DNA of 64,000 nucleotides from a virus (Duplodnaviria; Heunggongvirae; Uroviricota; Caudoviricetes): IMG/VR virus record IMGVR_UViG_2703718775_000013; one strand, 5' to 3'. Shown piece by piece: positions 55,274 to 64,000 of this stretch (position 1 is its first letter; each line of letters starts with the position of its first letter). The notes under the pieces were generated by a model. It saw only the letters and a program-made list of their open reading frames with translations, ran no database searches and was not told where the DNA came from. The position numbers and the translations under genes were made by a program.

Positions 55274-55962
55274 ACGAAAATATTAAATTTACTTTCTGTT
55301 GGAAGAGTGCTTTTTAGTAACTCCCTGTTTGTATGTGATTTTATCCTGTTTATGACTTGGATTTTTCCCGCGTTGCTATTCATTCCTCGATGAACGTAGC
55401 CTAACGCACCAATGAAAAGATCCGTTAGCTGCAATTGTTGCACTTCATGAGATCGTATATGTTGAATTCTGTTTATCGACTCATGATTGTAATCATAGCG
55501 ATCATTGTGAAGAACTCCTCTTAATTTCTCAATTTTTTCAATACCTAAAGTATCTTTTATATCTAGGTAGATATTGTATGTGTTGTTACTTTCTATTATG
55601 TTTTTTAAGACATAAAAAAACATCTTATAATAGAAAGTATTATGATCTTGATGGAATCGAGCATGGTCCAGTTGCTCTTTATCAGGAACAACAACACCTC
55701 TAAAGCGCAATGCTGGGTTGCTGAAGAAGTAATCTACGACCTCTAAGTAAAATTCAACTTTGGACGCAGATACTTTAGTCCACTTGATTTCGAAATCAGG
55801 TTTTAAATTGTGTTTTAATTTTAATCCCTTGATGTCTCTAGCAATTTTTTTTGTGATAGTGCCAGGACACCAAAGCGCACCCAATACCATGACTTTATTA
55901 TGATCATTTAGTAGGTGACAGGATTCATCGCAGAATACATTAAATGTTCTTCGGTTCAACAT
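55258..55962 (-). CDS. DUF3800-domain protein (rlfA position), AT-rich
   Basis: N-terminal FNVFCDESCH motif characteristic of DUF3800. Confidence 0.5.
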   Translation of the reverse strand: MLNRRTFNVFCDESCHLLNDHNKVMVLGALWCPGTITKKIARDIKGLKLKHNLKPDFEIKWTKVSASKVEFYLEVVDYFFSNPALRFRGVVVPDKEQLDHARFHQDHNTFYYKMFFYVLKNIIESNNTYNIYLDIKDTLGIEKIEKLRGVLHNDRYDYNHESINRIQHIRSHEVQQLQLTDLFIGALGYVHRGMNSNAGKIQVINRIKSHTNRELLKSTLPTESKFNIFVWEAR

Positions 55963-56130
55963 GTTAACTCCACTTATTGTTAGGTAGAATTGTCCGTTAG
56001 TTGTTTATTAATTGCAATAATTGGACGTTCTGATTTGCTAACTACGTCATCTTACCAGGACGCCTATGAGTTTTCCTCATGGCAAACTAGAGGTGTTGAA
56101 AGTATGCATGGTTATAATTAGAGCAATCTA

Positions 56131-56940
56131 TCACCCTCTGAATCCTACCGGTATACCCCATTGTTCGTTATCTTTATTTTTGGCTAATACCGCATTAAGA
56201 GCTTCGTTTACCGTCATGCAATGCGGTAGATTATCGAAGTTTGATATCCAGCCAATATCAGGAGAACGCTTGTTCTTCAGGTAAGCATATTTCCGCGCTG
56301 CCGCCTCTACTTTCTGCTTGAACTCATGTTTTTGAGCGCGTTTTTTGGATAACCGCAGATTGTCAGCCTTTGCTTTTGCTTCAGCGATCCATGAAGTCAG
56401 TTTTTTGAGGCTGGTCGTTCCGGCACCGTCGGAAACTGATCTTTTTGTTTTTTTAACTTGTGACTTCTTATTCTTTATTGCCACGTCATCCTGACAGGGG
56501 GAGGGGGTATCATTTTGACATGGGGGTGTGGATAAAAAATTAAATAAAGCCAATGTCTTAGCGAGAACAGTTTTAACCTTGGTTGCGGCTGAAGAGATCT
56601 TTAATTTGCTTTCAATCAGCGCATTTTTGGCTTGTTGTGCGAAGGCCAAAAAGGATGGTGTAAACCGGTACAGGTTAGCGCGACGTTCACGGTGATCGCC
56701 GATAACAATCTCTACAGACAGAATTCCTTTGTTTACAGCTTCACGGAATGCACGAACGACGGTTGATTGGCTATAACCAGTTTCTGCCGCGATCAGGCGG
56801 TGAGGCTTGTGAATGAAGTATTCACTGGTTGTTGCCGCGAGATTTGCACATTGCGACAGGATATGCCCGGCGCTACGGGATAGACCGGAGTGTGTTACAA
56901 AGCAGGCCAATTCATAGCCAGAAAAAGTAAAATCGCTCAT
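56131..56940 (-). CDS. repL: RepL lytic replication protein
   Basis: MSDFTFSGYELACFVTHSGLSRSAGHIL..; downstream of kilA under a C1 operator. Confidence 0.85.
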   Translation of the reverse strand: MSDFTFSGYELACFVTHSGLSRSAGHILSQCANLAATTSEYFIHKPHRLIAAETGYSQSTVVRAFREAVNKGILSVEIVIGDHRERRANLYRFTPSFLAFAQQAKNALIESKLKISSAATKVKTVLAKTLALFNFLSTPPCQNDTPSPCQDDVAIKNKKSQVKKTKRSVSDGAGTTSLKKLTSWIAEAKAKADNLRLSKKRAQKHEFKQKVEAAARKYAYLKNKRSPDIGWISNFDNLPHCMTVNEALNAVLAKNKDNEQWGIPVGFRG

Positions 56941-57005
56941 CGTTATACAGCTCAGGAAAGTGACTTTAGCCAGCATTACAATGCTGGTGGTTCTTACTAC
57001 GTCTG

Positions 57006-57806
57006 TTAGCGCGTAGCCGCGACAGGTACCAGCACACCAGCATCAAGCAATCGCTTCATCAGCCACTGCTGACCTTTGCCGGTTATACGAGTCGTGAAAG
57101 AAATCCTGCTTCCATTGCTTGTATCGATCACGGTTTCTTTAAGGGTGAAATACCCACGGGATATGTATTCTTGTTTGGGGACGTTCCTGCGTTCACCGGT
57201 TGCGATCAGAATTCCGTTATCACGCAACCAGGTGAAGAGATAGTTTTGGCCCAGGCCGAGCACTTTGGCATAGTTGCCGATTAGAACCCCGCTGGCGGTA
57301 GCAACGCGTTCGGCGAATTCGACTTTAGGTGCATCCATCAGCATTTTTTGCTCCAGCCGTTGCTTTTGCTCTGCCAGGTCGGCAGCCAAACGGAGAGCTT
57401 CTGGGAGACTCTGCGGAATAGCAGGTTGTAATCTTCCAGCTCGATAGTCGATAAATGTCTGGTTTACCTTCAGCCGAAACGCAGGAGAAATCCAACCAGC
57501 GTACTCCACTGCGAGCAATTCATGGGCAAAAGTGCCGCCGCCACGGCCTTCGAACGAAACTATGCAATTCTGCATAGTTTCTTTTTCAAGCTCTTCGATG
57601 AGCTGTTTAGCTGACAGCGTTCTTAGCCATTGAGCTGGCGCTTTATGGGCACCGAGTCCGCTCGCTCTGTGTAGAGCATTAAGGTTGTAACGGCCAGCGC
57701 GGTCGGTCGTAATTTCAACACCACAAATAACGGGCAGAGTGGTTGAAGGATCGACATTTTGATGAAGGTTTGATATATTCATATCCGCATTGAATGTTTG
57801 TTGCAT
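57006..57806 (-). CDS. kilA: KilA (KilA-N plus KilA-C domains), 266 aa
   Basis: C-terminal half paralogous to the Ant KilA-C region. Confidence 0.85.
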   Translation of the reverse strand: MQQTFNADMNISNLHQNVDPSTTLPVICGVEITTDRAGRYNLNALHRASGLGAHKAPAQWLRTLSAKQLIEELEKETMQNCIVSFEGRGGGTFAHELLAVEYAGWISPAFRLKVNQTFIDYRAGRLQPAIPQSLPEALRLAADLAEQKQRLEQKMLMDAPKVEFAERVATASGVLIGNYAKVLGLGQNYLFTWLRDNGILIATGERRNVPKQEYISRGYFTLKETVIDTSNGSRISFTTRITGKGQQWLMKRLLDAGVLVPVAATR

Positions 57807-57875
57807 TTTTTCTCCAAATTTGCATCAACCTTCAATCACCAGCTCGAAATGGTGATTCTTTGCACTTAGAAAACG

Positions 57876-57892
57876 AAATTTATTAGAGCAAA
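57876..57892. promoter_or_regulatory. C1 operator (16/17) heading kilA-repL (Op53-like)
   Basis: aaatttattagagcaaa. Confidence 0.7.
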
Positions 57893-57970
57893 TTTTTCTG
57901 ACTCGATCCAGATCGGGTTGGACGATCTGCTCAGAAACCTGCCAGTTTGCTGGCAGGTTTTTTTCTTTTG

Positions 57971-59017
57971 TTAACCTATTGCTACTGGTTTTAACAAACC
58001 AGCATCAAGTAGCTTGCGAGTTAACCACTGCTGGCCTTTACCCGTTAATTGGGGCGTCAGCCGTATCTGGTAGCCATTTTCATCATCCAGCACCACTTCT
58101 TTCACCGTGAAATACCCGGCGTTAATGTACTGCTGGCGCGGTACGTTTTTGCGCGCACCAAAAGCCATGAGAATGCCGTTCTGGCGCAACCATGAGAAAA
58201 GGGCGTTTTGCTTAAGTCCAACGACCTTTGCAAAGTTCCCGATCAGGATTCCATTAGCCGCTGATACCCGGTCGGCAAAATCGACTTTAGGGGCTGCGGC
58301 CACCAGCTGTTGTTCCAACTGCATTTTCTGTTCTGCCAACTCGGCAGCCAGGCGTAGAGCTTCTGGTAATGTTTGGGGGATCGATGGGGTAGGGGAGTTT
58401 GCCTGCTGCAATTCTTCCAGTTTGTCGATCAGCGAACGGCGGACCGCTTTCGATTCGCGAGCAGCAACGCGCAGGGCTTGTTTGTATGTCATTACTATAA
58501 CTACCTGATCCGCTCCACCTTTTTTCTTATCCATAGGGGTTACGAAGATTTCGTAACCCTCCCCATCAAGCTCATCCTTAACTCTGGCAATGAAATCATT
58601 GTTGCGAACTGGTTTTTCGCTACATAATTTCCGTGCCTCATTGACCATCTTTAACAGTGTCAGGCTGTCGATTGTGTCTCCGGTGTTGGGGATAATATTC
58701 ACGGCTGGTGCTGGCGTAGCTGACGTAACAGGTGCTGGTTTTTCAACATTCAAATTATTACCGGTCATTCTATGTGCCTCCTTTCTCATTTCTGCTGCCA
58801 CTGTTGCGTAACGTAGACGTCCTTGTTCAATCAAATAATCCCTGATCTCGGCTATCAGTAGCCTGTTGATCACAGCCTTATCTGTTCGGGTATAAAAACG
58901 CCTGGTTATCATGAAATAGTTAGCAATTGCGCCGGGGATCTCCCGTGTCGGCATACAGGCAGTATGCAGGGCGATCGCTTCGGCTATGTCATTACGGGTG
59001 ACGAGAGGTTTTTTCAT
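57971..59017 (-). CDS. ant1: Ant1 antirepressor (348 aa)
   Basis: KilA-C C-terminal domain; start overlaps the icd stop. Confidence 0.85.
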   Translation of the reverse strand: MKKPLVTRNDIAEAIALHTACMPTREIPGAIANYFMITRRFYTRTDKAVINRLLIAEIRDYLIEQGRLRYATVAAEMRKEAHRMTGNNLNVEKPAPVTSATPAPAVNIIPNTGDTIDSLTLLKMVNEARKLCSEKPVRNNDFIARVKDELDGEGYEIFVTPMDKKKGGADQVVIVMTYKQALRVAARESKAVRRSLIDKLEELQQANSPTPSIPQTLPEALRLAAELAEQKMQLEQQLVAAAPKVDFADRVSAANGILIGNFAKVVGLKQNALFSWLRQNGILMAFGARKNVPRQQYINAGYFTVKEVVLDDENGYQIRLTPQLTGKGQQWLTRKLLDAGLLKPVAIG

Positions 59018-59235
59018 AAACCCCCCTGAACGTCGGCAGAGAAGGGGAGGCTCCAGTAACTAAGTGAATTGCGCGAGTTAGTTGAAAAACGGGCAGTAAA
59101 AATGCAGGGGCCATCAGGCAATTGAGAGCGTGCTTCGTCTTCTGTTGCAGCGATAACGAAGTGATAGTGGTGTTTTTTACAGGAATAGAAACGCCAGATG
59201 AATTCTTGGCGTGCGCAAGGATTGGCATTAACCAT
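59014..59235 (-). CDS. icd: Icd cell-division inhibitor (73 aa)
   Basis: MVNANPCARQEFIWRFYSCKKHHYHF.. Confidence 0.85.
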   Translation of the reverse strand: MVNANPCARQEFIWRFYSCKKHHYHFVIAATEDEARSQLPDGPCIFTARFSTNSRNSLSYWSLPFSADVQGGL

Positions 59236-59547
59236 AGTTACGGCCTCGTAAGTTGATAAACAACCTGCGACCCGCTGCTAAACAGGTGGCAGGACGTGAC
59301 GGGGTTAGCAGACTGGCACTTACGAAACCAGCAGGCCGAAGCCTCCCCATCACGCCCCACCATAATTCGGGCGTAACGTGGTTTACGGACACAAAAATAC
59401 CGCAATATCGGAAATCTGCGGTTGTCCGCGTAAGTATTCAGGCTGCTAAACCCGGTCGCAGAATTTGCTACGACGGCGGAACTATAAGCCTGAACGATTA
59501 AAAGGTCAATATGATGCGAAAAGATAGCATTCGCGACTTAAAAATAC
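59236..59547 (-). ncRNA. c4: Leader expected to encode c4 antisense RNA; boundaries not determined
   Basis: Between the Op51-like operator and icd. Confidence 0.4.
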
Positions 59548-59564
59548 AAATTTATTAGAGCATT
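59548..59564. promoter_or_regulatory. C1 operator (16/17), Op51-like
   Basis: aaatttattagagcatt. Confidence 0.7.
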
Positions 59565-59660
59565 GCTTGTTTAATAAATGCACAATTGGATCTAATAACC
59601 TCTTTTTTTTAAAGGCGAAAATATGTACCCTAAATGAGTTATAAGGCAGGTGAGGTTATA

Positions 59661-59792
59661 ATGAGAAAACTATTACTACCGTTATTATTTATGGCCGGGA
59701 CTGTTAATGCAGCATCAAGCGTGAAGGAGATTTGTACCGATTATACGAAATACCTTGGGCACGTTTACGCCTTTGCGATCAATGACTATTAA
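59661..59792 (+). CDS. Small secreted protein (43 aa), sim-locus position
   Basis: Signal peptide MRKLLLPLLFMAGTVNA; ORF not in the supplied track. Confidence 0.35.
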   Translation: MRKLLLPLLFMAGTVNAASSVKEICTDYTKYLGHVYAFAINDY

Positions 59793-59813
59793 TCCATGCG
59801 TAGGAGTGGATTT

Positions 59814-60131
59814 ATGCTGATTCGTTTGTTTTTAGTGCTTTCCTTTTTAACATTTAATGTTTTTGCTGATGAAGTTGACTTTTCGAAGGTAGATTGCAAT
59901 TCAGTGGAAACAAGAAAAGCTCTTATTGAAGAATATAACGAAATATTATCGTTATATGGAATAACAGTGGTTGATTCTTATAATCAAAAAACTATTCAGA
60001 AAGGAATAAATAAACTGGTTTGTTATGGGATTTACCAATATTCAGATGGCTCTTCGGAGTATGTTATTTATAAAGCATACCCAAATAGTCTTGGTGAATT
60101 GATTAGTGAGTTTAAACCGATTAATGAGTGA
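59814..60131 (+). CDS. Secreted protein, sim-locus position, AT-rich
   Basis: ATG behind AGGAG; signal peptide MLIRLFLVLSFLTFNVFA. Confidence 0.4.
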   Translation: MLIRLFLVLSFLTFNVFADEVDFSKVDCNSVETRKALIEEYNEILSLYGITVVDSYNQKTIQKGINKLVCYGIYQYSDGSSEYVIYKAYPNSLGELISEFKPINE

Positions 60132-60138
60132 ATGGAAA

Positions 60139-60918
60139 ATGAAATTATTTAATGTAATAACATTTTGTTGTGCTATTTTTGCTGGAAGCGCGATAGCTGA
60201 TAATAAATTGCCAGATTGGCTTTCTACTTCAAAAAAAGATTATGATTTAGTAAGGGTGTTCTATTTGTCTGGATTTGCCTCGAAAGCAATGAATAATCAA
60301 TTTGGTTATCATTTTCCATCTGAGTTGGTTAATGATTTTAAAGATAATGAATTTGCCGCTCAGGAAAAATGGAATAAAATTTCAATTGTATATGGTGAAA
60401 TAAAATCCATAAGAATGGTGAATAATGAACCAATTGTAGAGTTATTTACTCCAGGGGAAAATGCAACGCCACTAAATTATATCAAATTGAAAGTGTTGGA
60501 TTCAAAACAAAACTCTCTGTTAAAACTAAAAAAAGGGGATGATATATATGCAGTGTGCTCCGGTGCTAATTTTAGTTTAGTGCCAATTCTGAGCAACTGC
60601 ACTCCAGCAACTGACGTCATTGATGCTGCACTCTCTTTTTCTGGTGAATATATGTTCCCTGCTTTTGATTCTTTTTCACCTACTAAGCAAAACGTCAAAT
60701 ATATATTCACAAATCAAGATCCTGTTCAGATGATGAATTTTATAGGGTACCTATCCTTAGTCGATACAACGAAGGATAAGAATAAAATGGATATGGTTCG
60801 TAAGTGTACGCCTTGGAAGCCGGAATGTTCACAACAATTCGTTGATGTAATGGAAGGATTTGATAACATCATGTATAAATATGAGAGGGAATTTAAAAAT
60901 TACATAGAATTAAAATAG
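60139..60918 (+). CDS. Secreted protein (SimC-like position), AT-rich
   Basis: Signal peptide MKLFNVITFCCAIFAGSAIA. Confidence 0.45.
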   Translation: MKLFNVITFCCAIFAGSAIADNKLPDWLSTSKKDYDLVRVFYLSGFASKAMNNQFGYHFPSELVNDFKDNEFAAQEKWNKISIVYGEIKSIRMVNNEPIVELFTPGENATPLNYIKLKVLDSKQNSLLKLKKGDDIYAVCSGANFSLVPILSNCTPATDVIDAALSFSGEYMFPAFDSFSPTKQNVKYIFTNQDPVQMMNFIGYLSLVDTTKDKNKMDMVRKCTPWKPECSQQFVDVMEGFDNIMYKYEREFKNYIELK

Positions 60919-61103
60919 TATTTGAAATGATAGTCAATTTAAGTTTTAACAAAACGCCCATTAAAGGGCGTTTTATTGTTTTACTCAAAACAATCTGATT
61001 ATGTGATAACCATATCATATTCCTCATTCCACCTACACTGATTACCCCCCAGACAACAACATTCCTACTCAATGAACAAATGACTACTCGTAGAATCGGT
61101 TAA

Positions 61104-61694
<591 letters not shown>

Positions 61695-61704
61695 GGGGGC
61701 TGAT

Positions 61705-62316
61705 ATGGGGCTTAATGTTGCTTCAGTAAAGTCTTATGTATCTTCGGCATTAACGACGACATTATTTGGCTCCGGCGTTGGTGAGCGGGAAGTTGGTAAG
61801 CTGACGTCAATCATCATGAACAAAATGCTGTTCGCGCAAGGATGGCAGTTCTCTGTCGAAGTTGATGGTCTGGAGGGGGCAGACTTCTTTGCCAAAGACA
61901 TTACCTACCACGATTACAGCATCGAATATGAAACGATTAAAATAGGCGGAGGGAATATCCTTCAGCCAACGGAGCGTTCGCCTGGGCAGATAACAATGAT
62001 GGTCAGGGATACCGTTGATGGCCTCGTTTTGGACTGGTTTAAGACGGCAAAAGGTCGGGTGATCAATCCGGACGGTACCGGGAATATACCGTCTAAATAT
62101 TTGCTCAATGTGCGTATTTATCGGTTGCTGTCCTCCGGTTTAACCAAACTGGAAAATGAGATGACGGTATTCCCGGTCACTACCGGCGATGTCACCTATG
62201 CGCGGGATCAGGTTACGGAATTTAAGTCATTCCCAATGACCTTCGCATTGCACAGCACGTTTAACCAATCCTCAAGTTCTTTAGCTTCCCTTCTGGGCTT
62301 TAGTTTTTCTCTTTGA
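61705..62316 (+). CDS. Putative tail/baseplate protein (203 aa)
   Basis: Synteny. Confidence 0.35.
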   Translation: MGLNVASVKSYVSSALTTTLFGSGVGEREVGKLTSIIMNKMLFAQGWQFSVEVDGLEGADFFAKDITYHDYSIEYETIKIGGGNILQPTERSPGQITMMVRDTVDGLVLDWFKTAKGRVINPDGTGNIPSKYLLNVRIYRLLSSGLTKLENEMTVFPVTTGDVTYARDQVTEFKSFPMTFALHSTFNQSSSSLASLLGFSFSL

Positions 62317-62330
62317 ATTAAGGAGCAAGG

Positions 62331-63212
62331 ATGCTTTTACCTCTTTTCCCGCTACCATCGCGGCCAACTGAATTGATCCAGTTCCGTCAGCCAAATATTG
62401 CTGATGCGATGCGTTTCAACTCGATAACACCGGAGGAACAAGAACAACAGACAACGGCGTATTTAAAAGCCTTGCTGGCTGAACCCGCGAAATATGATCC
62501 CCTGACATGGACGGCGCAGGACCGGATTACCGCGTTATGGTGGATATTTACTGGCTCCCGTGAAACACCGGTCGAGACATTCACCTACACCTGTAAACAT
62601 TGCGGTAAAGAGCATTATTACGATTGCGATATGAATGCTCTGGCTGAAGATATCCAGGTCCTGGAAGTGGAACCGTTCATTGACGATATTGAGGTGTCTG
62701 TAGAGGGCGTGCCTTATCAATGGCGTATCGTGCCGCTTGATGGTTGGGCAATGGAAATGCTGGAGATGCGCCGTGCAGCATTGCCACCTGAAGACGACGC
62801 GGAATTCAAAGAAGCGATCGTTGATTTGCGTTTTTGGGAATTCGCTTATCAGTGTGAACTTTATAACGATGTTAGCGGTACTCGTGAAGAGCAGGCTGAG
62901 CGTCGTTATGAAACGATCAAACGGATGGCCATTGATACTGAATTTATGAAGCTGGCGGCACACATCCGACTGGCTCATGAAAAGCTCGAACATGGTTTAC
63001 CGTGCTACATCGATAAAGGCGAAATGCGTCTTCGTCTCCCGCCGCACAAATGCCCAAACCAGGATAAAAAGGAGTCCACAGAGGGTGCGTATACCCGTCT
63101 GTGGGTGCCCTTTCGGGCTACCGACTTCATTCCACAGGTGGGGATTGAAAAGCTATCAGACCTTAGTGTCCAACCTGGTTTTGTATGGGGGTATACCGAT
63201 TCAGGACGCTGA
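62331..63212 (+). CDS. Putative morphogenetic protein (293 aa)
   Basis: Synteny. Confidence 0.35.
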   Translation: MLLPLFPLPSRPTELIQFRQPNIADAMRFNSITPEEQEQQTTAYLKALLAEPAKYDPLTWTAQDRITALWWIFTGSRETPVETFTYTCKHCGKEHYYDCDMNALAEDIQVLEVEPFIDDIEVSVEGVPYQWRIVPLDGWAMEMLEMRRAALPPEDDAEFKEAIVDLRFWEFAYQCELYNDVSGTREEQAERRYETIKRMAIDTEFMKLAAHIRLAHEKLEHGLPCYIDKGEMRLRLPPHKCPNQDKKESTEGAYTRLWVPFRATDFIPQVGIEKLSDLSVQPGFVWGYTDSGR

Positions 63213-63293
63213 AAGGCTCACTGAATCCTATGCGTTTTTCCTGTTGGAGAAACTGGAAGAAAAACTTAAACCGAAGCGGTAGGCGATAAGATC

Positions 63294-64000
63294 ATGGAAA
63301 GAAAAAACGCCAACATTGACGATGTGATAAGGACGGTTGAAACCGCCAGCGCAAAAGAGCTGGAAGAGCTTGCAGGTATTCGGGAAGCTGTTGAAGATTT
63401 GAAAGGGGGGCGAGTTGCTACTGTTGATCCTGTCTCTCGCAGCGTGTCGGCATTAAATCGCACAATCGAAAATTCCCGGCCTGACTTTGTGGCCAAAGCG
63501 CCATCCGTAGACCCTATTGTTGACGCAATGAAACGGCTTAATTTAGGGGACGTTTCTCGTGTAGTTCAGGAAGATGTTGCTCAACAGGAACAGCGGGCCA
63601 AATCAACCACACAAAAGGGTAAAAAACGACGCAGGAAGGCTATACCAGAGGATGTAAAGGCACAACGGACCGAAGCAGCCGAACACGCTCGCGAAATGTT
63701 CGGTCAAAAAGGCGGTGCGCAAAAAAGCCAAAACCAACGCGATGCGCGTGGTCGTTTTATTGGAAAGTCAGGGAGTAAGGCCGCAGCGGAAGATGCCCGT
63801 GCTGAACGAGCAGAAAAGGCCAGGCGAAAAGAGGATGATGAGCGTCTAAATGCTGAATCAGGTTTATTAAAAAAACTGTCAAAAGTAGCTGAAGGCATAG
63901 GTAACCCTTCAGAGACTCGTGCCGTCGATGCGTTAGGTTACGCCGTTGCTGGTCCATTGTGGGCAGCAGGGAAGGAGCTTGGCGGGATATCAAAAGAAGT
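63294..64000 (+). CDS. Sit-like injection/tape-measure protein, N-terminal part; ORF runs past the window end
   Basis: ATG at 63294, open to base 64000; charged coiled-coil region; not in the supplied track. Confidence 0.4.
   Translation, partial: MERKNANIDDVIRTVETASAKELEELAGIREAVEDLKGGRVATVDPVSRSVSALNRTIENSRPDFVAKAPSVDPIVDAMKRLNLGDVSRVVQEDVAQQEQRAKSTTQKGKKRRRKAIPEDVKAQRTEAAEHAREMFGQKGGAQKSQNQRDARGRFIGKSGSKAAAEDARAERAEKARRKEDDERLNAESGLLKKLSKVAEGIGNPSETRAVDALGYAVAGPLWAAGKELGGISKE

Noticed and set aside
54794..55962. DUF3800 pair as a foreign defence island
   Set aside because: Gene count and position match the rlfA/rlfB slots downstream of repL, so they are probably backbone; retained only as a low-interest compositional observation.

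Overview
The window is a large part of a P1-like temperate phage-plasmid (Enterobacteriaceae type), read in reverse orientation relative to the usual P1 map. Gene calls rest on protein motifs I recognise and on my memory of P1 gene order; nothing was searched or aligned. Recognisable landmarks are cre with a perfect loxP site, coi-c1, pacA/pacB with the pac GATC-hexamer clusters, lpa, phd-doc, humD with a LexA box, ban, four tRNA genes, a bifunctional dmt, hrdC, a spanin pair, an iteron replicon (oriR-repA-incA), parA-parB-parS, virion genes, repL-kilA, and the c4-icd-ant immunity region. At least 14 copies of the 17-bp C1 operator sit at the expected operon starts. Departures from the P1 layout as I recall it, in order of interest: (1) a SIR2-domain defence-type gene, truncated by the window edge, occupies the slot downstream of mat where P1 carries its type III res-mod system; (2) the dmt methyltransferase is interrupted by a 341-aa LAGLIDADG intein placed immediately before the catalytic cysteine; (3) a second, diverged and frame-disrupted c4-icd-ant-like module lies between c1 and pacB; (4) a 131-aa ORF is translationally coupled to cre; (5) the tci-equivalent locus is non-coding with paired hairpin repeats; (6) two extra ORFs lie between incA and parA.
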